NCBI GenBank assembly: GCA_015233335.1
Contig: JADFXX010000003.1
Span: 93,694-157,693 of the forward strand
DNA: 64,000 nt
Origin: Candidatus Omnitrophota bacterium
Lineage (GTDB): Bacteria > Omnitrophota > Gorgyraeia > Zapsychrales > Fredricksoniimonadaceae
Reading direction: 5' to 3'
The translations under genes and the position numbers were made by a program. The notes under the pieces are model-generated. The model made no database searches, was not told the origin of the DNA, and saw only the letters and a list, made by a program, of their open reading frames with translations. Every line of letters starts with the position of its first letter. The stretch's first letter is position 1. Shown here piece by piece: positions 10,653-21,175 of this stretch.

Positions 10653-10680
10653 TTTCAAATTACCGGTTTACTAAAAATTT

Positions 10681-10773
10681 TTAGATCAAGACATTGGCCT
10701 CATCCCAGGCGAATGTAGCTTCTTCTTCCTGTTGGGCCTTCTGATTTGATTCTTGATTATGTGGTCCGTTCAT
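10681..10773 (-). CDS. Candidate 30-aa small protein
   Basis: Reads ATG...TAA, giving MNGPHNQESNQKAQQEEEATFAWDEANVLI. Strong SD (TAAGGAGGTG) lies about 8 nt upstream and a terminator about 30 nt downstream. Too short for the ORF track. Confidence 0.4.
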   Translation of the reverse strand: MNGPHNQESNQKAQQEEEATFAWDEANVLI

Positions 10774-10867
10774 AGGAATACACCTCCTTAAAGCCCCCAT
10801 GGGGAATTTTTCCCCTTATCTTGGGTTAGATTAGTAATTTCTAATATAACATGTTTTAGTTAAAAAG

Positions 10868-12226
10868 CTAGTACTTTTTTTTAGTAATTGAGATCATTTC
10901 GGAAACCTTGGTCATCTTCTCGCGAGGCTTACCTATACTTAGACCCATCATGATCTCATATGCATCTATTTTTTTCCAATCAATAAAGGTCACTGGAATG
11001 ATTCCGCGCTCTTTGAGCAATGAAAGCAGGTCCTGAGTGTCGGTATTTTTACATACGGGAAGATCCTTAAGATCTTCGAGCAACGAATGGACCGTCTCTT
11101 GCGCGCGTAATTTGTTGGTACCTATAACGCCGCTGGCTCCACTGGCAATCCAACCACAGACATAAAAACCCCCGATGACCTGCTCGCCTTCTAAAATACG
11201 TCCTTGATGGTTAGGTATTATTCCCTTTTGATATAAAAATGGCACTCCCTCAATCGGCTCTCCAACATAGCCAATGCTGGTAAAAAAGGCCCCACAACCG
11301 ATTTCCTCATATTGACCAATGCCATGCCCTTCCTTGTTGATCTCAAACCTGACTTTTTCGACCTTCGCGCCTCCTAAGATCTCTACAGGGGTTCTATTAA
11401 AATGCAAAACAAACCTTTTTTGGCGTGAAACATAAGGAAAAGACGTGAAAGATTTTAAAATACTAAAATTCTTCTGTCGTAAAGCATTAGCCGGACTTTC
11501 CAATTCCTTGGCAGAGACCGGGTCAAGTTCTAAATCTTTGGGATCAACAAAAGGGGAACAATCGGCTAATTGGGCCATTTCTTTAATCTCAGCTGGGGTA
11601 AAAGCCGCATAAAAAGCGCTACGGCGTCCATATACATGCACTTGTTCTATTTTACTTTCGGCCAAGGCATCTAAGGCATGCTGACAGATATCGGTATGAG
11701 CTAATTCTTCTTTAGTGCAGCATAAAATACGGGCAATATCAATAGCTACATTCCCCTGCCCCATAATAAGAGCTACTTTATTGGACAAGTCAAATTGACA
11801 GTCTTTAAATCTGGGATGGCCGTTATACCAGCCGATAAATTGGGAAGCCTTATAGTTTCCTATAAGATCCTCACCCTTAATACCTAAAGGCCTGTCTGTC
11901 TGGGCCCCTGTGCAAAAAATAATTGTATCATAAAATTCTTTTAGGCCAGAAACACTGATGTCATGGCCTATGTTAACGTTGCCAAAATACGAAAATCTAT
12001 TGTCTGAAGCGGTTTGTTCGAAGATTTTGATGACATTTTTTATTTTTTGATGGTCAGGAGATACCCCGTATCGTACAAGACCAAAGGGCGCGGGCAATTT
12101 TTCAAACAGGTCCACCTTAACAGGTATGTCTTGTTTTAATAATGTTTCGGCTGTATAAAAACCGGCTGGGCCGGCTCCGACAACGGCAACACGTAATGGT
12201 CTTTGGGGGGAAAATGGGATACTCAT
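10868..12226 (-). CDS. FprA/adrenodoxin-reductase-type NADPH:ferredoxin oxidoreductase
   Basis: VAVVGAGPAGFY dinucleotide motif, GVSPDHQKIK and a second Rossmann motif (IMGQGNVAIDIARIL). ATG 12226 overlaps the nuoN TGA as ATGA. Confidence 0.8.
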   Translation of the reverse strand: MSIPFSPQRPLRVAVVGAGPAGFYTAETLLKQDIPVKVDLFEKLPAPFGLVRYGVSPDHQKIKNVIKIFEQTASDNRFSYFGNVNIGHDISVSGLKEFYDTIIFCTGAQTDRPLGIKGEDLIGNYKASQFIGWYNGHPRFKDCQFDLSNKVALIMGQGNVAIDIARILCCTKEELAHTDICQHALDALAESKIEQVHVYGRRSAFYAAFTPAEIKEMAQLADCSPFVDPKDLELDPVSAKELESPANALRQKNFSILKSFTSFPYVSRQKRFVLHFNRTPVEILGGAKVEKVRFEINKEGHGIGQYEEIGCGAFFTSIGYVGEPIEGVPFLYQKGIIPNHQGRILEGEQVIGGFYVCGWIASGASGVIGTNKLRAQETVHSLLEDLKDLPVCKNTDTQDLLSLLKERGIIPVTFIDWKKIDAYEIMMGLSIGKPREKMTKVSEMISITKKKY

Positions 12227-13605
12227 AAATGGGGCATTAAAGTCACCGGCCACAATCCCAGAAAAATATTGGCGGCCACAGTTAGAACTAAAGTCATGAC
12301 GAGAATGACAGAAGCATTAATCGGCTTTACAACATTTTCTTGGCTCAAATACATGGCTTTGACAATACGCAGATAATAAAAAAGCGCCACTACTGAATTA
12401 AACACGGCGATAAACGCCAAAAGATACATTTTTGCATGGACGATAACAGCTATGACAACGAATTTTGCCATAAATCCGGATAGGGGCGGAAGACCCGCAA
12501 GGGACAAAAGCGAAACGGCCATGATCAGTGCCGCAAGAGGATTCTGACGGGAAAGTCCCGCATATTGCCGGATATCTTCTCTTTGACATAAGATAACACT
12601 GCCGAATGCTCCCACATTCATGAAAACATAAATAAACAAATAAAAAACCATGGCTTTAAACCCTGCCGTACTGCCTACACTTAAAGCCATAAGTATAAAA
12701 CCCGCATGAGCAATCGAAGAATAGGCTAATAGACGTTTGACATTGGTTTGCTTTAAAGCAATAAAATTTCCCGCGGTCATGGTGATCATCGCAAGCACTT
12801 CGACTAGTTTTGTCCAATGGACAGCTATGAAGAAAGGATGATGGAAAAAAACCCTTACCAATAACGCAAAACCCATGGCCTTGGGGCCTATGGAGAGAAA
12901 TAAGCTCACAGGTGTGGGAGCCCCTTGATAAGCATCCGGTGTTGCCATATAAAATGGCGCCAGCGAACATTTAAAGCTGATCCCGGTAAGAATAAAGACC
13001 AGTGCCAAAATAAAGGCTGCCCAATGGACATGCCCTGTGTGCAAAGCAAGGACTATATCAGAAATATTCAAGGACCCTGTCAGACCATAAATCATCGAAA
13101 CCCCATAAAGCATGATCCCTGTGGACAAGGCCCCGAATAAAAAATATTTAAGCCCGGCTTCGGAGGAAAAAATATCATTCTTAAAGAAAGCAATAAGGAT
13201 ATAGGAAATGATCGAGGTGGCTTCAACGGCAATATAGATCATCATTAGATTGCCCGAAGAAACAGCCAGCATCATTGAAAGGCACAAGCATAAAATAAAA
13301 AAATAGTACTCCCCCGTATCCTTTTGCTGAATCTTGTCTTCCCCTAGAGATAAAAGGATGATGAAAGCTGTACCCATTAGGATAAGCAATCGAAAGATAG
13401 CGGAAAGAGCATCGGCTTGAAGTAATCCAAAAAATGCTTTTGTGGAATTATATGAAGCCGCAGGTAATACACTTAAAGCCGACAACACAGCTACAAAAGC
13501 GATAACACCGGTAAATTTCCTTAATGACGGCGTGACCCCGGCAATCAAGGCTACCAGACTTAAGAGAAATAAAATAATTTCAGGGTATAAAAATTGAATA
13601 GTCAT
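12223..13605 (-). CDS. nuoN: NADH-quinone oxidoreductase subunit N
   Basis: Polytopic antiporter-like subunit in the last operon position after nuoM. Confidence 0.9.
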   Translation of the reverse strand: MTIQFLYPEIILFLLSLVALIAGVTPSLRKFTGVIAFVAVLSALSVLPAASYNSTKAFFGLLQADALSAIFRLLILMGTAFIILLSLGEDKIQQKDTGEYYFFILCLCLSMMLAVSSGNLMMIYIAVEATSIISYILIAFFKNDIFSSEAGLKYFLFGALSTGIMLYGVSMIYGLTGSLNISDIVLALHTGHVHWAAFILALVFILTGISFKCSLAPFYMATPDAYQGAPTPVSLFLSIGPKAMGFALLVRVFFHHPFFIAVHWTKLVEVLAMITMTAGNFIALKQTNVKRLLAYSSIAHAGFILMALSVGSTAGFKAMVFYLFIYVFMNVGAFGSVILCQREDIRQYAGLSRQNPLAALIMAVSLLSLAGLPPLSGFMAKFVVIAVIVHAKMYLLAFIAVFNSVVALFYYLRIVKAMYLSQENVVKPINASVILVMTLVLTVAANIFLGLWPVTLMPHL

Positions 13606-13608
13606 AAG

Positions 13609-15078
13609 CTAACTGATCCCGCCGCAAAATAAGCGGACCATCCCTTCAACAGCTGTTTGCTGGTAATGTAAAACCGCCTGAGGATAAAACCCTGCCGCTA
13701 GTGTGATAAGGATCAATGGTACAATTGTTATAAGTTCAAGGGGATTCATGTCCGGTAAATTTGAACAATTAGGGTTAACAGTACCGAGCAATACCCGCTG
13801 GATCATCAGCAAAAAATATCCGACAGTCACGATTAAACCCACAGCGGATAAAGCCACCAGACCCGGATAAAAGGAAAATGCGCCGGCCAGACTCATAAAT
13901 TCCCCGACAAATCCGCTTAAGCCCGGCAATCCCAAGGAGGCCAGCGATAAAAAGGTTAAACAAAAAGCATAGAAAGGCATGGGCTTGGACAAACCGCCAA
14001 ATTGACTGAATTCACGGGTATGCGCGCGATCGTACACAACACCCACGAGCAAAAACAAGCCTCCGGTAATAATGCCGTGATTGAACATTTCCAGAATCGC
14101 GCCGTTAAAACCTGTCGCGTTTAATGCCGCAGCACCCAAAAGCACAAAACCCATATGACTCACTGAAGAGTAGGCCACCATTTTCTTGAAATCAGTCTGG
14201 GCCATGGCCACACAAGCGCCATAGACGATATTGACAACGGCCAAAACAGCCAACGCGGGAGCCAAATTTACTGCCGCAATTTTAAACATGGGAAGACAAA
14301 TACGGAATATCCCGTACCCCCCCATTTTAAGCAAAACTCCTGCCAGCAAAACACTCACCGGTGTCGGCGCCTCCACATGAGCATCCGGTAGCCACGTGTG
14401 AAAAGGAAAGGCCGGGACTTTGACTGCAAAAGCCACGAAGAACGCGAAAAATAAAATCATCTGCCAGCGAGGATCTACGCCTCGGGAGATCAGTTCAAGG
14501 ATATTGAACGTATGCGGTTGGGAAAGGAAATATAGGGATAATATTCCGATCAGCATCAAAACCGAACCGGCCAAGGTGTACAGGAAAAATTTAACGGCCG
14601 CGTATTCCCGCCTAGGGCCTCCCCATATGCCAATGAGGAAATACATAGGAATGAGCACTACTTCCCAGAAAATATAAAACAACACCAAATCCAGCGCTAA
14701 AAATGTCCCCAGCATTCCTGTCATCAGCAAAAGATAAAAAATAAAATATTCTTTTACTCTTTCTTCTATTTTCCAGGAAGCCAGACAAGCCAAAAAACCT
14801 AAAAGGGATGTCAAGAAAATCAAGGCAAGGCTGAGACCGTCAACCCCTAGGAAATACCAGATGTTCCATCCAACAAGCCACGGTTTGTGCTCTACAAACT
14901 GCATGGCCGATTGACCGGTGTCAAAATTTATTAATAAATAGATGCTTAATAAAAAAACAATCCCCGTAACCAGTGTGGCCGTATATCTTATGCATTTAGG
15001 CAAATGTGAAGGGGTGATCAAAATCAAGAGAACACCGGCTAAAGGCAGAAAAATAATGAAAGATAATAATGGGATCAT
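13609..15078 (-). CDS. nuoM: NADH-quinone oxidoreductase subunit M
   Basis: Antiporter-like subunit. Start set to ATG 15078, an ATGA overlap with the nuoL stop. Confidence 0.9.
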   Translation of the reverse strand: MIPLLSFIIFLPLAGVLLILITPSHLPKCIRYTATLVTGIVFLLSIYLLINFDTGQSAMQFVEHKPWLVGWNIWYFLGVDGLSLALIFLTSLLGFLACLASWKIEERVKEYFIFYLLLMTGMLGTFLALDLVLFYIFWEVVLIPMYFLIGIWGGPRREYAAVKFFLYTLAGSVLMLIGILSLYFLSQPHTFNILELISRGVDPRWQMILFFAFFVAFAVKVPAFPFHTWLPDAHVEAPTPVSVLLAGVLLKMGGYGIFRICLPMFKIAAVNLAPALAVLAVVNIVYGACVAMAQTDFKKMVAYSSVSHMGFVLLGAAALNATGFNGAILEMFNHGIITGGLFLLVGVVYDRAHTREFSQFGGLSKPMPFYAFCLTFLSLASLGLPGLSGFVGEFMSLAGAFSFYPGLVALSAVGLIVTVGYFLLMIQRVLLGTVNPNCSNLPDMNPLELITIVPLILITLAAGFYPQAVLHYQQTAVEGMVRLFCGGIS

Positions 15079-16877
15079 AGTTTTAATAACCAAATAAGCA
15101 ATAAAACCACACCAAATACCTGGATCAGTAAATAGTTTTGAATCAGTCCAGTCTGGCTGCGACGAATAACACCTGAACAATATTGTGTCACAAAAGCCAT
15201 TGCGTTAACCAGACCGTCAACAATATTAGAATCAAAGTCAAACGAGGCACGGCACAGGCGAAGACAGGGTTGGATCAAGACCCTATCGTAAATTTCATCA
15301 ATGTAATATTTGTTGATTAAAAGCGTCTTCAATCCCTGCAAGGAATTCAGTACAGATAATGGAAGCAAGGTTATACGGCGCACATATATAAGATAAGCTG
15401 TCAAAAGACCGGTCAGGCTGACTAAGGTTGAGATCGTCATGATCATTCCGGCGCCATGAGATTCCCCTTCTATAAATCCTTCTTTGATCGGAGCCCCCCA
15501 AAAGCCGGCGCCAAAGGCAAAAATAGATAATACCATCAGTGGAATTGTCATGCTCATTGGCGATTCGTGGGGGTGCATTTGGCTGCGAGCCGTGCCAAAC
15601 AATACCAAGAAAATAAGCCGGGCCATATAAAAAGCGGTTAACAGGCTTGTTAAAAGGGCCAGTATTAAAAATACCGGATGATGATTCTGCCATGCAGTCA
15701 ATAAAATCTCGTCTTTAGACCAAAAACCGGCAAACGGAGGAACACCGGCCAAAGCAAGTGTACCGATACAGAAAGTGGTGCCGGTTATTTTCATTTTAGA
15801 AAATAGTCCGCCCATTTTTTGAATATCCTGGATACCAACGGAATGGATAACACTGCCTGCGCATAAGAATAATAGAGCTTTAAAAAAAGCATGGGTCATT
15901 AAATGAAATGTTCCCGCACTTACAGACCCCAAACCTAAACCCAGCATCATGAGTCCCAGCTGGCTGATGGTCGAATACGCTAGAACACGTTTAATATCAT
16001 TATTGACCGTGGCCATACTTGCGGCCATAAGAGCTGAAATCCCCCCTATCACTGCCACAGTCTGCAAGGCTATGGGATGTGCGACAAAAAGCGGAAAGCA
16101 GCGGGCCACTAAATAGACACCGGCCGCCACCATGGTCGCCGCATGGATCAGGGCGGAAACCGCGGTGGGACCTTCCATTGCATCCGGCAGCCATACGTGC
16201 AAAGGAAATTGGGCGGATTTACCCATGGCACCCATGAAGATCAAAATGGCCGCGATCGTCAAAAGAGGTTCGGGACCTGTTACGGATTTTAAATCAGTAA
16301 AATGAAACGTCCCGCAGGTAAAGAATAACAGCAGTATTCCGATCAAAAACCCTGTGTCACCGATTCGGGTTGTCACAAAAGCCTTAAGACCAGCAGCTGC
16401 CGCGGCAGGTCTTTCATGCCAAAAGGCGATCAACAAATAGGAACACAAACCGACACCTTCCCAAAAAATAAGCAAAAGAATAAAATTATCTGCAAGGACT
16501 AAGCCCAGCATGGAACTCATAAAAAGCGAAATGTAGGCAAAATACCGGGAAAATCTGGGATCATCATGCATATACCCAATAGAGTAGATCAGAATAAAGG
16601 TGCCGATGAAAGAAACAATTAAAAGCATCATTATAGAAAGCGGGTCAATGATGATACCAAAGTTCAAAGGTTTGCCGGCAATGACAAGCCATGTTCCCAA
16701 GTCATAAGATCCTGCCCCACAGCTAAAATCTTGATAAACTTTTAATGAAAAAATAAAAGAAAGCACGCAGGCACCTGTGGCAATATAGGCGCTGGCAATT
16801 TTTAACCGACGTCCGATAAGGATATCGATCACAAAGGCCAAAAACGGAAATAATGGTATAAAATGCGCGATATGCAT
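15075..16877 (-). CDS. nuoL: NADH-quinone oxidoreductase subunit L
   Basis: 600-aa antiporter-like subunit with a C-terminal extension, in conserved order. Confidence 0.9.
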   Translation of the reverse strand: MHIAHFIPLFPFLAFVIDILIGRRLKIASAYIATGACVLSFIFSLKVYQDFSCGAGSYDLGTWLVIAGKPLNFGIIIDPLSIMMLLIVSFIGTFILIYSIGYMHDDPRFSRYFAYISLFMSSMLGLVLADNFILLLIFWEGVGLCSYLLIAFWHERPAAAAAGLKAFVTTRIGDTGFLIGILLLFFTCGTFHFTDLKSVTGPEPLLTIAAILIFMGAMGKSAQFPLHVWLPDAMEGPTAVSALIHAATMVAAGVYLVARCFPLFVAHPIALQTVAVIGGISALMAASMATVNNDIKRVLAYSTISQLGLMMLGLGLGSVSAGTFHLMTHAFFKALLFLCAGSVIHSVGIQDIQKMGGLFSKMKITGTTFCIGTLALAGVPPFAGFWSKDEILLTAWQNHHPVFLILALLTSLLTAFYMARLIFLVLFGTARSQMHPHESPMSMTIPLMVLSIFAFGAGFWGAPIKEGFIEGESHGAGMIMTISTLVSLTGLLTAYLIYVRRITLLPLSVLNSLQGLKTLLINKYYIDEIYDRVLIQPCLRLCRASFDFDSNIVDGLVNAMAFVTQYCSGVIRRSQTGLIQNYLLIQVFGVVLLLIWLLKL

Positions 16878-16884
16878 GAACGAC

Positions 16885-17193
16885 TTAATCTTTCATTAAG
16901 GTTAAACCATCGGTAAATAGGGTCTTGGCATTGCGGTAAATAGCAATGATCAGGACCAGACCTACGACACTGGCAGCAGCCGCAATCGCAATCACAAACA
17001 GACTAAATATTTGCCCCAAAGCGTCTTTGGTCCCCAAATACTTATTGAAAGCGACCAAATTAATGTTGGCCGCGTTTAATATAAGCTCAATAGATATTAA
17101 AATCCCGATCACATTGCGACGGGTCAGGGCTCCGTAAATACCAACACAAAAAAGAAAAGCACTTAAAAGAGTAAAATATTCAAGAGGGATCAT
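16885..17193 (-). CDS. nuoK: NADH-quinone oxidoreductase subunit K
   Basis: 102 aa with 3 TM helices, located between nuoJ and nuoL. Confidence 0.9.
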   Translation of the reverse strand: MIPLEYFTLLSAFLFCVGIYGALTRRNVIGILISIELILNAANINLVAFNKYLGTKDALGQIFSLFVIAIAAAASVVGLVLIIAIYRNAKTLFTDGLTLMKD

Positions 17194-17678
17194 CTCTTGT
17201 CCTTTCCGATCACAATGGCCCCTACCATGGCGGCAAGCAGGATAACAGACATAAACTCAAAAGGAACAGCGTAATTCATCATAAGCGACCGGCCGATTTG
17301 AGCGATACTGGCCGCAGGCACGTTTAAAACAGTTTGCGCCCACGGATGTGCCGCAAAGACACGGGATAAAACACATAAAAGCAGCGCTGTAATAAAAAGC
17401 GCAAGGGCCCACTGTTTGCTGGTTTGGCGGATGCTTTTGTATCCGATGTTAGCCGTCAATTTAATGGCAAAAACAAACAGGGTGATGATTCCGCCGACAT
17501 AAACCAGGATTTGAATGACACCCAAAAAAGGCGCGTCCAAATAAAAATAAATCCCGGCGACACTTAACAGGGTCATGGCAAGCCATAAAGCGCAGTGAAA
17601 AATATCCCGTCCGGTGACGGCCATCACAGCAAAAACACAGACACCCGCCGCTATAAAATAAAATGCAGCCTCATTCAT
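17190..17678 (-). CDS. nuoJ: NADH-quinone oxidoreductase subunit J
   Basis: 162-aa membrane subunit in conserved position, with overlapping stop/start codons. Confidence 0.85.
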   Translation of the reverse strand: MNEAAFYFIAAGVCVFAVMAVTGRDIFHCALWLAMTLLSVAGIYFYLDAPFLGVIQILVYVGGIITLFVFAIKLTANIGYKSIRQTSKQWALALFITALLLCVLSRVFAAHPWAQTVLNVPAASIAQIGRSLMMNYAVPFEFMSVILLAAMVGAIVIGKDKR

Positions 17679-18112
17679 GAGCTTTCACCCCCGTCCACAT
17701 GCTTGTATTTATCCTTGCGCATTAAGTCAATCGTAAGTAAATCTTTATGAGCGAAATAGGAGACCTCATACATTTTATTGAGAAAAATGGCATCTGTCGG
17801 ACAAATTTCCCCGCAAAACCCGCAAAAACAACAAAGCTCGCCATTAAAGACAAATTTAGTAATGGTTTTCGTTTTATTGTCCTCTAACACTTTATGTTCC
17901 AACTCTAAAGCCGCTGTGGGACAGATCTTAATGCATTGATAACAGATCACACATTTCTCTGGGACTAAATCCACCATCCCCCGAAAGCGGTCGGTCATCG
18001 GTTTTTTAACAATAGGGTAATTCAAAGTGACCGGCTTTTTCAACATGTTCTTGAAAGTCACTTTAAAACCTTTTAGGATGCTATAGAAACCTGTAAAAAG
18101 TCGTATCATCAT
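17675..18112 (-). CDS. nuoI: NADH-quinone oxidoreductase subunit I (2x[4Fe-4S])
   Basis: Two CxxCxxCxxxCP motifs (CVICYQCIKICP and CCFCGFCGEICP). Confidence 0.9.
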   Translation of the reverse strand: MMIRLFTGFYSILKGFKVTFKNMLKKPVTLNYPIVKKPMTDRFRGMVDLVPEKCVICYQCIKICPTAALELEHKVLEDNKTKTITKFVFNGELCCFCGFCGEICPTDAIFLNKMYEVSYFAHKDLLTIDLMRKDKYKHVDGGESS

Positions 18113-19053
18113 TTAACCATAAACCAGCCGCTGATCAGCAAATTAAGTAAAGCCATCGGTGTTAAAACTTTCCAAGCAAAAGACATCATCTGGTCCATCC
18201 TGACCCGGGGAAGCGTCCAGCGCATCCACATCAAAAAAGCCACAAGCCCGTAGGATTTTAATAAAAACCATACGAGCCCCGGCAAGAAAGGCCCCTGCCA
18301 GCCGCCTAAAAAAAGCGTGGTAGCGATCGCTGAAATAATAAACATGTTGGTGTATTCAGCAACAAAGAACATGGCAAACTTCATGCCTGAATATTCCGTA
18401 TGATAACCGGCGACTAATTCTGACTCGGCTTCGGGGATATCAAAAGGAACACGGTTAACTTCAGCGGTAGCTGAGATAAAATAGATCAAGAATGCTAAGG
18501 TCAGATGGGGCTTTAAAATAAACCAGCCGTGTTCCTGCGCTGCGACAATTCCCTGCATGGACATGGTGCCTGATTGCATGACGACTAATAGCACTGAAAG
18601 CAAAAGCGGTACTTCATAACTGATGATCTGGGCAGCAGAACGCATGCCACCTAAAAGCGAATATTTATTGTTGGAACCCCAGCCTGCCATGAAAATGCCA
18701 AGCACACAAATTGAGGTGACCGAACAAACGTAAAGGACCCCGACATTAAGGTCAAGCGCGATCCATTTACTGCTAAAGGGTATGACCAGAAACGCCATGA
18801 CCACCGGCACCGTAACAAAGAAAGGCGCCAGCCACCAAGAGAGGAAATCAACACCTTTTGGGACAATATCTTCTTTTAATAAAAGCTTAATCGTGTCCGC
18901 AACGGGCTGTAAAGTGCCATGAAAGCCGGTCATCATAGGCCCCATCCGGTTTTGGATCCATGCTGAAATTTTGCGTTCCAGCCAAATGGAAAACATCGCT
19001 GAAACCGCGATAAATCCGAGCACAGCCAAGCCTTTTAAAAAAATCACGCTCAT
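18109..19053 (-). CDS. nuoH: NADH-quinone oxidoreductase subunit H
   Basis: NuoH/ND1-like polytopic protein. Start set to ATG 19053, an ATGA overlap with the nuoD stop. Confidence 0.9.
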   Translation of the reverse strand: MSVIFLKGLAVLGFIAVSAMFSIWLERKISAWIQNRMGPMMTGFHGTLQPVADTIKLLLKEDIVPKGVDFLSWWLAPFFVTVPVVMAFLVIPFSSKWIALDLNVGVLYVCSVTSICVLGIFMAGWGSNNKYSLLGGMRSAAQIISYEVPLLLSVLLVVMQSGTMSMQGIVAAQEHGWFILKPHLTLAFLIYFISATAEVNRVPFDIPEAESELVAGYHTEYSGMKFAMFFVAEYTNMFIISAIATTLFLGGWQGPFLPGLVWFLLKSYGLVAFLMWMRWTLPRVRMDQMMSFAWKVLTPMALLNLLISGWFMVK

Positions 19054-20141
19054 CGGTCGATTTCCCCCATCACAATATCCATACTTCCCAGAACGCATAC
19101 AGCATCAGAAATATTAAGCCCCTTGACCAATTCTGAAAGTGCGCCCAAATTAGAAAAAGAGGGTGATCGGATTTTGCAGCGGGTGGGATTAAATCCACCT
19201 TCAGCCACTAAATAAAATCCTAGCTCACCTCGTGGATTCTCGGTTCGCACATACGCCTCCCCTGTGCCCCGAAATACCCTGTTAACCTTGGAAACCGGAT
19301 TACCTTCCGGGATGCCACCGATCGCCTGCTCTACGATCCGCAGGCTTTGGGATATCTCATCAAGCCTCACTTTAAAACGGTCCCATGAATCTCCATTAGC
19401 TCCCACAGGGACATCAAAATCGAATTTGTCATACATGGAATAGGGTTCTTCTTTTCGAATGTCCCACTTGATACCGCTGGCCCGCAACATAGGGCCTGTC
19501 ACACTGTAGCTGCGGGCGACTTCTTTGGATAAAATGCCGATGTTCTTTGAACGGGCTAAGAAGATGACGTTATAGGTCAGAAGCTCGTTGTATTCAATTA
19601 ATTGTTTGCGTTCATAAGCGATGAAATCTTTGATAATCTGTTCTGTCCTGGCCGGGATATCGGCACTGACACCGCCAATACGCATGTAATTATAGGTCAA
19701 GCGTCCCCCGCAGATGCTGTCAAAAAGGTCGACAATTTTTTCTCTGTCTCGAAAGGCATAAAAAAGCGGTGTCGCATATGCCCCTAAGTCCTGAGCAAAG
19801 GTGCCGATGGCGACTAAGTGGCTTACGGCACGGTTGAGTTCTGCGATAATGACCCTTAAGTATTGAGCCCGGTCAGGAACCGCGATATTCAGCAATTTTT
19901 CGACGGCCAGACAATATCCTAGATTATTGTTCATGGAAGCTAGATAATCCAAGCGGTCCGTGAAAGGGATAAACTGGGTGTACGTGCGGTTTTCGGCGAT
20001 TTTCTCTATACTTCGGTGGAGATACCCTAAATGTGGTTTGCAATCCACAACGATCTCACCGTCCATTTTAAGTTCTAAATACAAGACACCGTGTGTTGAG
20101 GGATGCTGCGGCCCCATGTTAACGGTCAACAATTCGCCCAT
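19050..20141 (-). CDS. nuoD: NADH-quinone oxidoreductase subunit D
   Basis: MGPQHPSTHGVL N-terminus and [NiFe]-hydrogenase large-subunit-like fold signature. Confidence 0.92.
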   Translation of the reverse strand: MGELLTVNMGPQHPSTHGVLYLELKMDGEIVVDCKPHLGYLHRSIEKIAENRTYTQFIPFTDRLDYLASMNNNLGYCLAVEKLLNIAVPDRAQYLRVIIAELNRAVSHLVAIGTFAQDLGAYATPLFYAFRDREKIVDLFDSICGGRLTYNYMRIGGVSADIPARTEQIIKDFIAYERKQLIEYNELLTYNVIFLARSKNIGILSKEVARSYSVTGPMLRASGIKWDIRKEEPYSMYDKFDFDVPVGANGDSWDRFKVRLDEISQSLRIVEQAIGGIPEGNPVSKVNRVFRGTGEAYVRTENPRGELGFYLVAEGGFNPTRCKIRSPSFSNLGALSELVKGLNISDAVCVLGSMDIVMGEIDR

Positions 20142-20208
20142 AATTACTTCCTCAGAACAACTATTTCAAATAATTACCTAGAGAAGTGCCGACTCCGTAA
20201 TGTCCATA

Positions 20209-20682
20209 TTAGGAATTCGGCCCTTTAAGTCCTGTGCTTTGGGGGCGCGGGATAAAATCCGCCCTCGTAAAATTCTTACGCAAGGGAAAATCAGTCCAAT
20301 CATCCGGGTTCATGATGCGCCTTAAATCCGGATGGTTCTGAAACTTAATCCCAAAAAGGTCATACACTTCCCTCTCCAACCAATCCGCTGAGCGCCATAG
20401 ACCGCTTAAGGTTTCAACTGTCAGGTCATCCAAAGTAACAAAAGTTTTAAGGGTCAGCATAAAATGATGGGATGTGGAGTATAAAAGATAAATAAGTTCC
20501 AGCTTATCTCGACGGTCCACGGCAGTCACGCAATGGCAATTTTCAAAATCCATCTCAATTTTAAGGAAACCGGCCACATCCAAAAGCGCTGTCTTTGGGA
20601 TCACAAGGCCATGAGGCGTCTCTTCGAGCGAAAGGTCCGGAAACTTATTTTTTATTTTTTGCAGAATGTCGTTGTTTTTCAT
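20209..20682 (-). CDS. nuoC: NADH-quinone oxidoreductase subunit C
   Basis: 30-kDa subunit-like (ERE.YDLFGI.F motif: LEREVYDLFGIKF). Confidence 0.9.
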   Translation of the reverse strand: MKNNDILQKIKNKFPDLSLEETPHGLVIPKTALLDVAGFLKIEMDFENCHCVTAVDRRDKLELIYLLYSTSHHFMLTLKTFVTLDDLTVETLSGLWRSADWLEREVYDLFGIKFQNHPDLRRIMNPDDWTDFPLRKNFTRADFIPRPQSTGLKGPNS

Positions 20683-21175
20683 TTTTAATCTTGTCTTGTA
20701 ATTTCATGATGGCATGTAATAAGTTTTCGGGACGCGGCGGACAACCGGCCACATAGACATCCACAGGAACTCCCAATACTTCTGTGCCCCTGATGACCGA
20801 ATAAGTGTCATAATAAAAAATCCCACCGCCTATGGCGCAATTACCCATGGCAATCACATATTTAGGTTCCGGCATCTGGGCATAAAGTTTTTTTAAGCAG
20901 TCCCCCATTTTGACACAAATGGTGCCCGCCACGATCATCACATCGCACTGGCGCGGAGAACCGCGGAATACCCCGGAACCGATACGGTCAATATCAAAAT
21001 TGGAAGCACCGGTCGCCATCATCTCGATGGCACAGCAGGAAAGCCCAAAAGTCAAGGGCCATATTGAGGAACCCTTAGCCCATTTCATCAGATCTTCACT
21101 TTTGGCTAAAATGATCTCTCCTCCCGGAAACTTCTCTATAATACGGGCTCCCGGGATTTTTTCATTTATTGCCAT
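20645..21175 (-). CDS. nuoB: NADH-quinone oxidoreductase subunit B
   Basis: N2-cluster Cys pattern (GLSCCAIEMM, GNCAIGGG, GCPPRPE). ATG 21175 is preferred over the TTG at 21196. Confidence 0.92.
   Translation of the reverse strand: MAINEKIPGARIIEKFPGGEIILAKSEDLMKWAKGSSIWPLTFGLSCCAIEMMATGASNFDIDRIGSGVFRGSPRQCDVMIVAGTICVKMGDCLKKLYAQMPEPKYVIAMGNCAIGGGIFYYDTYSVIRGTEVLGVPVDVYVAGCPPRPENLLHAIMKLQDKIKNEKQRHSAKNKK

Noticed and set aside
12398-16194. Multiple 60-130-aa ORFs nested in other frames of nuoN, nuoM and nuoL. Similar ones occur inside the xdh large subunit at 28799-31063.
   Set aside because: These are frame shadows inside strongly supported membrane and enzyme genes, with no start signals.
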